From contig OZ024744.1 in the NCBI GenBank assembly GCA_964016885.1, positions 8,556,001 to 8,620,000 on the forward strand: 64,000 nucleotides of DNA. The letters run 5' to 3'. This document shows, piece by piece, positions 11,469 through 26,236 of the stretch. The notes beneath the pieces are model-generated. The model saw nothing but the letters and a program-made list of their open reading frames with translations, had not been told where the DNA came from and made no database searches. This stretch comes from Eledone cirrhosa (Eukaryota). A program made the position numbers and the translations under genes. Numbering within the stretch: position 1 is the first letter of the stretch; the number at the start of each line of letters is the position of its first letter.

Positions 11469-13525
11469 CTGAAGAAGAAGAAGAAGAAGAAGAAGAAGAA
11501 GAAGAAGAAGAAGAAGAAGAAGAAGAAGAAGAAGAATCAGGAGAAGAAGAAGAAAAAGGAGAAGAGGGAAAAAGAAGAAGAAAAAGAAAAAAAAGAAAAA
11601 AAAGAAGAAGAAAAAAAGAAGAAAAAGAAGAAGAAAAAGAAGAAGAAGAAGAAGAAGAAGAAGAAAAAGAAGAAAAAGAAAAAGAAGAAGAACAACAACA
11701 AGAAAAAGAAAAAGAAGAAAAAGAAGAACAAGAAAAAGAAAAAGAACAAGAAAAAGAAAAAGAAGAAGAAGAAGAAGAAGGAAAAGAAGAAGAAGAGGAA
11801 GAAATAGAAAAAGAAGAAGGAAAAGAAGAAGAAGAAGAAGAAGAAGAAGAAGAAGAAGAAGAAAAAGAAAAAGAAGAAGAAGAAGAAGGAAAAGAAGAAG
11901 AAGAAGGAGAATAAGAAAAAGAAGAGAAAGAAGAAGAAAAAGATGAAAAAGAAAAAGAAAAAGAATAAGAAGGAAAAGAAGAAGAAAAAAAGAAAAAGAA
12001 AAAGAAAAAGAAAAAAAAGAAAAAGAAAAAAGAAGACGAAGAAGAAAGAAAAAAAGAAGAAAAAGGAGAAAAAGAAGAAGAAAAGAAAAAGAAAAAGAAG
12101 AAAAAGAAGAAGAAAAAGAAGAAGAAAAAGAAAAAGAAGAAAAAAAGAAAAAAAGAAGAAAAAGAAAAAGAAGAAAAAAAAAGAAGGAGAAGAAGAAGAA
12201 GAAGAAGAAGAAGAAGAAGAAGAAGAAGAAGAAGAAGAAGAAGAAAAAAAGAAGTAGAAGAAGAAAAAGAAGAAAAAGTAAAAGAAGAAGAAAAAAAAGA
12301 AGAAAAAGAAGAAAAAGAAGAAGGAAAAGAAGAAGAAGGAAAAGAAGAAAAAGAAAAACAAGAAAAAGAAAAACAAGAAAAGGAAAAAGAAGATGAAAAA
12401 GAAAAAGAATTAAAAAAGAAAAAGAAGAAGATGAAAAAGAAGAAGGAGAAGAAGAAGAAGAAGAAGAAAAAGAAGAAGAAAAAGAAAAAAAGAAGAAAAA
12501 GAAGAAGGAGCAGAAAAAGAAGAAGAAAAAGAAGAAGAAGAAGAAGAAGAAGAAGAAGAAGAAGAAGAAGAAGAAGAAGAAAAAAGATGAAGAAGAAGAA
12601 GAAAAAGAAGAAGAAAAAAGAAGTAGAAGAAAAAGAAAAAAAAGTAAAAGAAAAAGAAAAAGGAGAAAAAGAAGAAGGAAAAGAAAAAGGAGAAAAAAGA
12701 AAAAAAGAAAAAGAAGAAAAAGAAAAAGAAGAAAAAAGAAAAAAAGAAGAAGAAGAAGAAGAAGAAGAAGAAGAAGAAGAAGAAGAAGAAGAAGAAGAAA
12801 AAAAAGAAGTAGAAGAAGAAAAAGAAGAAAAAGTAAAAGAAGAAAAAAAAGAAGAAAAAGAAAAAGAAGAAGGAAAAGAAGAAGAAGAAGGAAAAGAAGA
12901 AAAAGAAAAACAAGAAAAAGAAAAACAAGAAAAGGAAAAAGAAGATGAAAAAGAAAAAGAATTAAAAAAAGAAAAAGAAGAAGATGAAAAAGAAGAAGGA
13001 GAAGAAGAAGAAGAAGAAAAAGAAGAAGAAAAAGAAAAAAAGAAGAAGAAAAAGAAGGAGCAGAAAAAGAAGAAGAAAAAGAAGAAGAAGAAGAAGAAGA
13101 AGAAGAAGAAGAAGAAGAAGAAGAAGAAGAAGAAGAAGAAGAAAAAAGATGAAGAAGAAGAAGAAAAAGAAGAAGAAAAAAGAAGAAGAAGAAGAAGAAG
13201 AAGAAGAAGAAGAAGAAGAAGAAGAAAAAGAAGAAAAAGTAAAAGAAGAAAAAGAAAAAGGAGAAAAAGAAGAAGGAAAAGAAAAAGAAGAAAAAGAAGA
13301 AGGAAAAGAAGACGAAGAAGAAGAAAAAGAAGAAAAAGAAGAAAAAGAAGAAGAAGAAGAAGAAGAAGAAGAAGGAAAAGAAGAAGTAGAAGAAGAAGAA
13401 GAAGAAGAAGAAGAAGAAGAAGAAAAAGAAAAAGAAAGAAGAAGAAGAAGAAGAAGAAGAAGAAGAAGAAGAAGAAGAAGAAGAAGAAAAAGAAGAAAAA
13501 GAAGAAAATGAAAAAGAAATAGAAG
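11469..13525. repeat. ~2 kb degenerate (GAA)n/(GAAAAA)n polypurine tract
   Basis: Read directly. It contains an internal block duplication (~12245-12610 vs ~12800-13180). Confidence 0.97.
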
Positions 13526-16460
13526 TAGTTTTTGAATGCATCTTCTCTTTTCATGATATCCGGATTACATTGAGTTCTTCATTCGGATTGGACAATACCG
13601 TAAACTTTTGGTAGATTTATCTACATACTTTGCTCCTATTTTTATGGGGATATTCTTATTTTTTGTGAATGTATATATATTGTATGTGTATATATATTTA
13701 TATATATATATATACATATATGTGTATAACTTTATAACTCCATATATAAATAGTTGAGCTCTTTTTCTTGTCTATTATCCATATCACAATGGCAAAACAA
13801 TACTTGGGAACTTCTTTAAAGAATATACCATTACCTTCTAAGGATGATTTCTTACTTCTTATGATACAAAAAAACAACCAATTTATCAGCAAAATCAGAT
13901 GGAGGGCCTACCACTTCGATAAAAAAACAAAATGTACTGATAGGAAATATTTGTATGATTTCACTACATATAAAAATCCACCACACAACTCCTTACTTGA
14001 AAACTTTGAGAAAGACCTTTTTAATTTAATCAAACACCTCAAATTTAAGAGGTATAAATCTAATTTTCAAAAGGACCTTGATTCTACCCTATTGGACCTA
14101 AAAAAATCTAAAAAAATCCATGTCCACTCGGACAAAACTGGAAATCTATATCACATGGATATTGAAAATTACAATGAGTTCATATATAAAGAACTCATGA
14201 AAAATTATAGAAAAACAAACAATGCGTCACTTACCAACATCAACAACAAAACACACAACATAGTAAATAGACTTAATATTGAAGATAGAACTGAACCTTT
14301 GGCATTGAAAAGACCACACTTCAACCTGAAAGATCATAAATCTAACTTTAACTCTAATCCTTCTATAAGGCTTATATGCCCATCCAAATCTGATATTGGA
14401 ATAATTAGTAAAAAGAATTTAGATAGAGTCATCCCACAACTAAGAAAACATGTTAATTTACCACTCTGGGAAAACACATCCCAGGTAATTAACTGGTTTA
14501 ATAATATTAGAAATAAATCCTCTGCTTCTTTTCTACAATTTGATATAGATAATTATTATTATTCTATATCACCTATACTCCTGAACAAAGCCTTGATATT
14601 TGCTAAAATTAGATCTAACTTAACTTTGGATGACATTAATATTATTACACATGCTAGACTAACACTATTGGAATTTCAGAATGAATACTGGACTAGAAAC
14701 ATATAGTAATCTATTCGATATTACTATGGGCTCAAGCGATTCTGCCCAAATTACTGATCTTGTGGGCTTCTTTTTAACATAAATGCTTCCTTTCCCCACC
14801 TTAAAGGTGGTTTATATCGTGACGACTGTCTTCTTCTTTCCAATAACCTTAGCCTCTCAGAGATAGAAAAAAATAAAAAGCTTATTAGAACTTTCCTTAA
14901 AGACTATTATAGTCTAGATATTACATTTGAAAACACAAGTAAAGTAGTTAATTTCCTAGATATAACATTAGACTTATCTACGGGTATCTAGCAACCTTAC
15001 CATAAACCTAACCAAAATTTACACTACATACACTCACAATCTAATCACCCTAAATCTATCCTTAAAAACCTTGCATATAATATATCACTTAGAATTTCTA
15101 ATCTTTCGTCTAACCAAGATGTATTTGATAAAAATGCGACCTTTTATAACGAAGCTCTAGCTAGAAGTGGTCACAAAAATAGATTAGTATATATACCTTC
15201 TACCAATAACACTACAAACATACAACCTAATATTACCAACAAACACCAAATGAAACATACACACCTAAATGCCACTCACACTATACCCCAAAACACCAAC
15301 ATAAAACCAAATTTCTCTAACTCTTCTAATATACAGTATAGTAACTCTCAAAAAACTACTCATCCTACAACTCTAATAAATGTTAATATTAAAACTCCTA
15401 ATAAACAAGCTAAAACATCTAAATCAATAAATCTAACTAAAAATGTGTGTGGTAAGGTCATTAACAATAATTCTCTTAATAAACATCAGGATGCATCCTA
15501 TAAAAACAATAAACAACATCGAAACCGCAATAGACGAGTTACTTGGTATAATGCTCCATTTAATTTACAAATTAAGGATAATATACCTAAAAAATTCTTT
15601 AATATCCTAGAGAAAAACTTCCCGCCAAACCACAAATACCATCAAATTTTAAATAGATCAACGGTTAAATTCTCCTACTCAACAACCAATAACATAAAAC
15701 AAAATATAAGTGCCTATAATGCATATAAATGTAAAAAAAACATGAGTATACCACCAGTACATCAAACTAACCATAATATCTCCTCAGATACAGGATTCAC
15801 GAAAAGTTGTAACTGTAGAAACAAGGCAAACTGTCCATTAAAAGTAAATTGCCTTGTTAATAACATAGTATATAAATGTAAAGTTAACACTAAGGACTCA
15901 ATTTATTCATATATAGGAGCTACCTCTAACAAATTTAAGGTAAGATTTAATACCCACAAACATAGTTTTAAAAATGCCGCACTAGCTAATACAACATCTC
16001 TAGCTGAAATAATTAATAGTTATAGAAAGAGGAATATAGATTATGACCTGACCTGGAGTGTGCTCAAAAGGGCCACCCCTTATCAAAATAGTAGATATGA
16101 ATGTAAATTATGTTCCCAAGAACTTTTTGAAATAATGAAATCTAAGGATATCCTGTTAAATAAGCGACAGGAATTAATAATATCGTGTAATCATAAACTG
16201 AGAAAAACCTTTAAATATTATAAACCTAATTAATATACCCTTTAGAAATTAATATATAAACTGTTTTTAATTTAGTTAACCTATAATTAATATTCTACTA
16301 CTGATGAACTACATAATTTTGCTTTCCTTCTTACAACTATCATTTCCTAAAACTGATACCATTAAGTAAACATATATAATGCTTTAACTTCAGGTTATGA
16401 CTCTGTGTTCCTTGAAATCTATATATATTTATTATTTCTCACTAATAAATTTAATTCTCC
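13525..16460 (+). mobile_element. Penelope-like element, near full length, degenerate (RT + C-terminal GIY-YIG; tentatively Hydra-clade-like)
   Basis: ORF 13768-14706 has SDKTGNLY, LKDHK..F..NPSIRLI.PSKS and FLQFDI.NYY.SI. Frameshifted FDITMGS.DSAQ and GGLYRDD follow. ORF 15250-16233 has CNCRNKANCPL, IVYK..YIG and CKLC..CNH. Confidence 0.88.
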
Positions 16461-16540
16461 CCCCCCCCAATAATTATATGTATATGTAAATGTGTATGTG
16501 TGTGTATATATATATATATGTATGTATGTATATTTTCATG

Positions 16541-16639
<99 letters not shown>

Positions 16640-16739
16640 ATATATATATATATGTGTGTGTATGTGTGTATCTGTATATATGTGTATATATGTATATATA
16701 TTAATAAGAGGAATTCCAACTTTGTCTGATTTACTCGTT

Positions 16740-19700
16740 TTATTTACAATCCTTTAAAATATATATAATATGGTATTATAATGAAATAGTATGATAGAAT
16801 ATTAAATTCTAAGTGTTAATTGAACAACTACTTTCATGCTTTCGCAATCTTCAGGTTCATGATATGTGGTGACAGTCGAGTTTGCAATTTTCAACTGTAA
16901 TGAGATGGGTAAATTTACTATCTTTTATACATTTTATACAGAGAAAAGTGGCTCCAGAATACAAAGCCCTGTAAACTGTATTTCGACCAATCAGTGTGTA
17001 GTTTCACTGAATTACTACAGCTGATTTGTTTAAGCGTCACGGCTGGTTAAGCATGCTAACGACCAATAGTCATACCCAACGTATCAATTGTTTTGCTTTT
17101 TGAAATGATGAAAATAGCATTTTCTATTAATCATCACCATCAGCATCACTTTTATTATTATTATTATTGTTGTTGTTGTTTGTTGTTGTTGTTAGTGGTC
17201 GTGGTCATAGTGGTAGTAGAAGTAATACCCCTAGGCGTTATTATTGTTCATTTAGCTTGGGTTTGAATTCATCAATAAAATTCTTTTCTTTGATTTTTCT
17301 CTTGATTTCACTTGGGCTGCGTAATTTGTAGAATGGGAATATTATAAATATTCCCTGACCACATGTTGCCAGGTGGCCGCTTAGGGGTATCTGACGGACA
17401 TTTGGGTCTCTGATTTGTTGACGGTGTACCCGTGCACGTTCCGATAGTGCATTTCCAGTTTGACCGACATATAGTTCTTCACAATTCGGGCATTTAATGC
17501 AGTAAATTAGATTTCTGCTTTTGCAGTTCATATTTGCATTTGGGAATATTTTTCCAGTTTTTGTTTTCATATATTGACCGGCGTGTATGGATTGACATGT
17601 GCCGCATCGATTATCGTTGCATTTAGATACAGTGAATGATTGGTCTTTGTTGTTAAGGTCAAACTTTGCTTTTGTTAGCAATTGCTTCAATTTTTTTGGC
17701 TGTCTTTTACTAAGAGTCAAAGATCGATCTGTGATTAAGCCTTTTAATTCATTACTTTGAGCAATGATCGGTAGGTTTGCTTTGGCAGTGTTGAATATAT
17801 TCTGGTGACATGGGTTGTGTGTCATTATAAATGGTATGACCAGTTCTTGGTTTCTTCTTCCTTGGGTTGTTCTAAGTTGTTGTATAGGTATTTTTATAGC
17901 CCGCTGTATGCCGTTTTCTATAAGTAGAGATGGGTATTTTTGTTTGAGCAAAAATTCTCTTAGTTCTGTTAGGCGTTAGTACCTGGTATTCGTATCTTCT
18001 ACAATGGTACAAATTCTTCTGGCTGGGCAGTATGGGATGTTGCGTTTTGTATGAGGTGCATGGCACGACTTAAAATTCAGATATTGATGGGTGTCTGTGT
18101 GTTTATAATATATATCCGTGGTAATGGTGGTGTCGTTTTTGATTATCATTATATCTAGGAATGGTAATTTGGTCCTACTCATCTCTTTTGTGAATAGGAG
18201 AGATGGGTGTAGGTTATTCAGGAGGATATTGAACTCATCCAGAGTATCTAGAGATTCTGTCCAGATGATGAAACAGTTGTCAAGGTATCTCTTCCAAGAT
18301 TTTTCAATGTACTTTCTAAAGTCAGTACTATATTTTTCCTCTATTTCTTGGTAGAGTTGTTGTTCTAAGTATCCCATTACAGAGTTCGCGTAAACGGGAG
18401 CAAACTTCGTTCCCATCGCTGTGCCTCTAATTTGGATGTAATTCTTTCCATTGAAGAAGAAAGTGTTGTTTTCCAGAATAAGTTTAACTGCGTCTAATAT
18501 AAATGGCGCTGTGAATCTAATGGGAATCACTTCTCTATGTTTTTCCACCCAGTATTTAACCGCCTTTATTCCTAAATCATGTGTAATGTTGGTGTAAAGG
18601 CTTACCACATCAAAACTAAGTAGAAGTGAATTCGTTTCCGTGGTTTTGGGAAGATGGGACAGGAAGTCGATATCATCCCGGATGAAACTGGGTATGTGAA
18701 TACATAGTGGTTTCAAAATAATGTCAACAAAATTGCTTAGACGGTGAGTGGGGCATGTTGGACCAGCTATAATAGGTCTAAGTTTTAAGTCTTTTGGGTG
18801 TAATAATTTAATGTACTCACTGTTTTGTTCTCTTACTGCCAGTTGTATTTCTTTTGACTTATGAACTTTCGGTAGGCCATACAGGTTGCTGGGTTTTGGC
18901 TCAAAATTGGTGATGTAGTCTCTTTCCTTATCAGTAAATGAGTTGTGGTATTTTGAAGCCAGGTTGTTGATCTTCTTCATGATGTTGTGGTCTATATTTG
19001 ACGGTATTTCATGATAGAATGTTGTGTCTTTCAGTTGTTCCTCAACCAAATCCTTGTAGTATTCAGTATCCATTATAACAACTGCACCCCCTTTATCTGC
19101 TTGTTTAATTATTATTGTTTTATCATTTTGTATACATTTAAGTGCAGACATTTCTGATTTGTTAATGTTTGGCCTAACATTAATATTATGTCTAAGAGGA
19201 AATTTAGACAGGATGTCAATGTATTGGTCGAGATAAATATTTCTTCCTTTTGGCGGAGTGAAATTTGATTTATTCTTTACTAGTGATTCATCACTCTCAT
19301 TATTTTTATCAGCGAAGAATTCTACAAGACGTAATTTTCGACAGAATTCTTGGGTATCCTCCTTCAGTTCTTGGTGGTTGACTGTTGGAGTCGGTGTGAA
19401 TTTCAGTCCTTTTGACAGAATTTGCATTTCATCATTGTCAAGATCTCTTTTAGATAAATTAATTATTTTAGGATCTATGTGTACAGCTGTTTTGGGTATG
19501 TTTCCTCCTGGAGTTTTTCTTTTTCCGGTTTTTGTTGTCCTGACGTTAAAAAATGAATTTTTCTCTGTTCAGGATTTATATTCCTGTTGGTGTTCGCTTG
19601 ATGAACTTTTGGTCGTGATATTATATTTGGTTTCGTTATGTATTTTGTCCTATTTTTGGTATTCTGTATATTATTTTTCTTCCTGTTAGCATTATTTTTA

Positions 19701-20000
19701 ACAATCTGGGAAAATGACCTAGGTTTGCTTTCAGGTTTAGATCGTTTTTTCGTCCAGTTTCTTGTGGGCAATCTCTGTTGAGATCTTGAGAGTGATCTGG
19801 TAATTCTACGTTTAGTTTCCACATTCCTTGTTGGTAGTCTCTGTTGAGATCTTGAGAATGATCTCCTGGTTTTACTACTTCTCATGGTCTGGTCAAAGGA
19901 ATACCTATCGTGTTTGTGCTTTTTGTTCATGTTGTGTGCGATAGGGTGTTTTTGTAGAAAAAGCGAAGAGTTATTACCGTAGTTCTTCTTTGATTCAAGG
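16740..20000 (-). mobile_element. Penelope-like element, Neptune-type, near full length
   Basis: ORF 17976-19427 has LSKGLKF.PTP, IIIKQADKGGAVV, YGLPKVHK, RPIIAG, DVVSLYTNI, GTAMGT and RYLDN. It continues in the same frame past one TAA into 17241-17951 (CxxxxCxxC linker, LIYCIKC..C..LYVGQT, CCHH). Confidence 0.93.
16821..16859 (-). ncRNA. Minimal type I hammerhead ribozyme in PLE 3' pLTR
   Basis: Minus strand TGAAC-CTGAAGA-TTGC GAAA GCAT-GAAA-GTAG-TT-GTTCA, with a 5-bp stem I and a GNRA-capped stem II. Confidence 0.7.
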
Positions 20001-20395
20001 TAAGGTGAGTGTTTGTGTTGGCACGTGTTCTGGCGTATGTTGTGTTGATGAGATTGTCCACTTTTAATGCTTTTTCTCAGGGTTCCAGAGTCTTCACTAA
20101 CACTTTAGTCTCCTTAGATATTTGCATTGACATTACTATTTTATAACAGCAACTGATTGTATACCTTTTACTGACCACCTGACCTATTTTCACCCCTAAA
20201 ATAAGCTTCAATTACTACTATTTTACCATTTTGCCAATTATTAACTTTGTATTGCTTAATTCTAAACCTCTTACCAAACAGACAGAATATATTAGATCTT
20301 TGTTGGTTTTATTCAATGAACAAATAAAATTATTTCTGAGGTCCGCATACGACCTATTTTCTTCCCTAAAATAATCCTTCATTCATAATATGTTA

Positions 20396-21727
<1,332 letters not shown>

Positions 21728-21954
21728 AACCATTACTTTTAGAGGCGGTCTGGATAGTGAATTGTTTATATTGTTTTAATAAGTCATAGTGTTAAGCACA
21801 ATTAGAAAAAGACGGAGATAAAGAAAAAGAAAAAAGACGGAGAGAGAGAAAAGAACAAAGACGGAGAGAGAGAGAAAGAAAGAAAACCTGGAGAAATATC
21901 GGAGAGAGAAATGTATGGAGAAAAGAAAGAGATAAATAAAGATAGGAGGAATAA

Positions 21955-22250
21955 AAAAAATAAAAAAAATAAAAAAAATAAAAAAAATAAAAAAAATAAA
22001 AAAAATAAAATGAAATGAACAAATAAAAATAAAAAAAAATAAAAAAATTAAAAAATTAAAAAATAAATAAATAAAAAATAAAATAAAAAATAAAAAATAA
22101 AAAATAAAAAATAAAAAATAAAAAATAAAAAATAAAAAATAAAAAAATAAAAAATAAAAAATAAAAAATAAAAAATAAGAAAATAAAAAAATAAAAAATA
22201 AAAAATAAAAAATAAAAAATAAAAAATAAAAAATAAAAAATAAAAAATAA
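21955..22250. repeat. (AAAAAAT)n-like A-rich simple repeat
   Basis: Read directly. Confidence 0.95.
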
Positions 22251-22433
22251 AGAAAAGGAAGAAATAAGAAAAACAAAGGAAAGCAACAGAGAGATATCAA
22301 GTCATCATACAGAGAGAAAAAACTCAAGAGAGAAATACTATATAGAGAGAGGGGGGGGGACAATGAACACTTTACGTCATGTCATATTAAGTTGAGTTAA
22401 CAATTTATATGAAATGAATAATAAAAATATAAC

Positions 22434-22498
22434 GGTGCCCCAGCATGGCCTCAGCCAGATGGCTGAAACAGGTAAAAGAGTAAAAGAGTAAAAGAGTA
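22434..22498 (+). mobile_element. SINE 3' tail fragment (GGTGCCCCAGCATGGCC..GAAAC + (GTAAAAGA)n)
   Basis: A small hairpin followed by a short tandem tail. A related decayed piece is at ~55600-55720. Confidence 0.6.
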
Positions 22499-22499
22499 T

Positions 22500-22659
22500 C
22501 AATATTCATGAATGGGACATAGATATATAATATGAGAAATTAAACATTGTTCAATAATGACTATATGTTTAGTTTAGAAACTTGAGATCAATATATCAAA
22601 ATCTGAGTTCAAAATGTACCCTTGCTATAGAGATTAGTATTTTATGCAAAGACATACAA

Positions 22660-22690
<31 letters not shown>

Positions 22691-25688
22691 TACGCACGTC
22701 CTGAAAATAGAAATTAAGTTTACTCAAGCCAACAATATAGCCATACAATACGTAAATGATTTCTCTTAATCACTGCTATACACTCATTGTGTTATAAAAA
22801 TTTCACAGTATATATATACAAATATATACGATTAATATTCATGTCCTCATATATACGATTACCATTCATGTGTTTAATATTATGCATATCTGCAACATAC
22901 CTCCCAACCACATATATATATACACATACATATATACACATACATATGTATAAATAAATATTTGCGTGCGTCCTCCCGCATCGCTCATCTATATATACAG
23001 ACATATATACAAACACAAAAAAACAATAACACTTTATATGCATGTTAATACACACATATGCATTTGTATAGAGATAATAAAATATCAATATATTACTAAA
23101 GGATTATAACTTGTAAATATAACTATAACAATATAAATTTAAAATACCAAAGGAGTATATTTTGGAAATGCAGCTATATCAGTATAGTCAAAAGAAATCT
23201 AGAAATATCAAAGCATTAAATATCATTAAAACACTATAGAGTATCTTAAGTTAAAATAATATGTTTTATATATTTAGTATAGAAATTTATCCTACGTATA
23301 TCTCAATCAAGATATTGAAAGGGTAGACATATGAAAGTTATGAGAAGCTATCATAATCAAAACAAATAAATAAAAATAATTTAAAAGATTTAACAAAACC
23401 CAATGATTCTACAGATAACCTTATATTTAGTATAGAAATTTACCTTACGTATATTTTATTTAATACATTGGAAGTATAAACATTTTAGAGTGGTTTATTA
23501 TATCCTTGTTTATATTTAGGAAGAAAGTTTAAACAGAAAAAGGTGAAGGAATCTAATGATTTATCGACAGGTTCCATATATTAACTAACATTACTTAATT
23601 ATTTATACTACATTTTAAATTTATATTTATATTTAAACGTTGAGTTCAATCTATGTCTGCAGCAACTGAATAAATTGTTCCTTAGATTAAGGGAATTTTT
23701 GGACTTTAATATAAAGAATATTTCTTCAATACAAAGATCACAATTCTCTGAAGAGGAATTAAAAGGAGTAGCTTTAGAAATAATATTCCAATTCATCGAA
23801 TATTTAATATTATCTCGTTTTAGGTCCCATAGTAGGCTAGATAGCGAAGTTGAAGATTTTTTGTTTGGATCTGTGAAAGAATTCTTATGATTATTGAAGC
23901 GAAATTTAAATTCTGTAGAGGTGGAACCAACATAGTTAAATGAATTTAAATTAGTTTTAACATTACAATTGTACACTACATTTTTAGCTAAGCAATTGTT
24001 ATTTAACGGACAGTTAGATTTATTTCTACCGTGACAGTTATTCAATTGAATATTGTTTGGGTTATTATTGGTATTTTGGTTAGGTTTTAAATTCCTATTA
24101 TTAATTCTATTAATATTTTGTGCTAAATTTTTGGTGGACGAGTAAGTTAATTTTATAGTGTGTCTATTAAAAATTGAGTAATATTTATGTGTTCTAGGGA
24201 AGCGTGTGTCAAGAGCTTTAAAGAATAGTTTAGCAATAGGGGTTTTAATATTTAGTGAGAAAGGGGGAGCAAACCATAATATATTTCTAGTTCTATTTCT
24301 TTTTCGGCTTTTGGAATTATTGTAAAGTTTTCTATTATATTTGTTAAAGTTGTTACGGTAATTGAAATTGTTATTATTTTGGTTAGTTTGCTTATTATTA
24401 TTATTATCGATGTATTTAATTTTATTTCTATATCCAGCTCTACCTAACGCTTCGTTGTAATACTGCGCTTTTTCATCAAATATATTTTTATTAGATGAAA
24501 TTCTTGAAATTCGTTCTTGAACAGAGTTCACTATAGTATTTTTAACAGATCTGGGGTGATTAGAGTTAAAGTTGACATAATTCAAGTTCTCATTTAGTTT
24601 GTGAAATGGATAGTGAAGACATGTGTTGAGATTTAGTGTTACATCAAGAAAATTGACTATTCTATGGTTATTCTCTATTTCTAATTTTAGATTAAGGTAA
24701 TTAAAAAATTGTATAATTTGTTTTCTTCTTCTATTTAGTTAACAGGTATTATTTTCTATAAGTAAAAGTATGTCATCACGATATAATCCTCCGGTTACAC
24801 CTGGTATTTTTCTATGTAGCGAATTAATTATAAATAGGCCCACAAAGTCCGTTACCTGAGCTGAGTCTGATGATCCCATAGTTATGTCGAAATTATAATT
24901 TCTATCTGCCCTAGTCCAGAGTTGGTTATTAAATTCTATCAATGTTTTCCTCGCCGATAATATAATGTGCATTTCATTGCTAGTTAGGTCAGTATGTTTA
25001 AATGCGTAATTTAGTGCCTTATTCAGTAGATTAGGAGTCATAGATGAATAGTAGTTAGCAATATCCAGCTGAATAAACTTATTATTATAGTTATATTTAA
25101 TTTCTTTAAACGAATCAATAACCTCACTAGTCCCTTTCCATAATTTTAAGTTAGATAAATTAGGTAAGTTTATAATTTGTTGTATTCCCCTGTCTACAAT
25201 ATTTTTGCTAAGTTTTCCCAGGTCAGATTTGGATGGTGCAATTAATCTGACTGGTAAATCATTTTCAAAGTTTCTTTTGTGATCCTTCATATTGATCTTG
25301 GGTTTCGTAGGCATGAAGGGTTGTGTTTTATTCTCAATGTCTAATTCATGCATTATACAAGATGCATCTGTATTAAGTTTTTCAAGTTCATCCTTACTTG
25401 CTAGCTTGTACTTTTCCTTAGTTCTTTCAATATAAGGTCGTTATACATGTCCTTTTGTACTCCATAAAGGTTATTAGTTTTGTCCGACTTCACTAAAATT
25501 TTCTCTGTTTTCTCCAGGGTTTCAATATTATCCTTAATACATCCTAAGAAGTCCTGGCCTTTGAAGTTTCTCTTGAATTTGATGCCTTGGATGATAGATA
25601 CTATATCGTTTTCAAAATCCATTAGTAGTTTGCGATGTATAATGAAATAAATATGGTTTTATAAATATAGTTTCCATTTATTAATATC

Positions 25689-25692
<4 letters not shown>
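22500..25692 (-). mobile_element. Penelope-like element, same clade as the 13.5-16.4 kb copy, 5'-truncated
   Basis: ORFs 25401-25622 (KSDKTNNLY), 24739-25353 (KDHK, PSKSDLG, FDITMGS, GGLYRDD) and 23608-24585 (CPL, VVY..YVG, CDLC, CRH). Confidence 0.88.
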
Positions 25693-26226
<534 letters not shown>

Positions 26227-26236
26227 TAATAATAAT

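Noticed and set aside
11431-13554. 700-aa poly-F/S/L and poly-E/K/R ORFs
   Set aside because: Artefacts of the stop-poor (GAA)n tract, open in several frames.
13540-13605. Possible hammerhead in the PLE 5' repeat (ATCCGGAT..ATTCGGAT stem)
   Set aside because: Neither this copy nor the 61.8 kb copy has CTGANGA or GAAA cores.
16301-16330. CTGATGA downstream of the PLE ORF as a hammerhead
   Set aside because: No stem II or GAAA follows.
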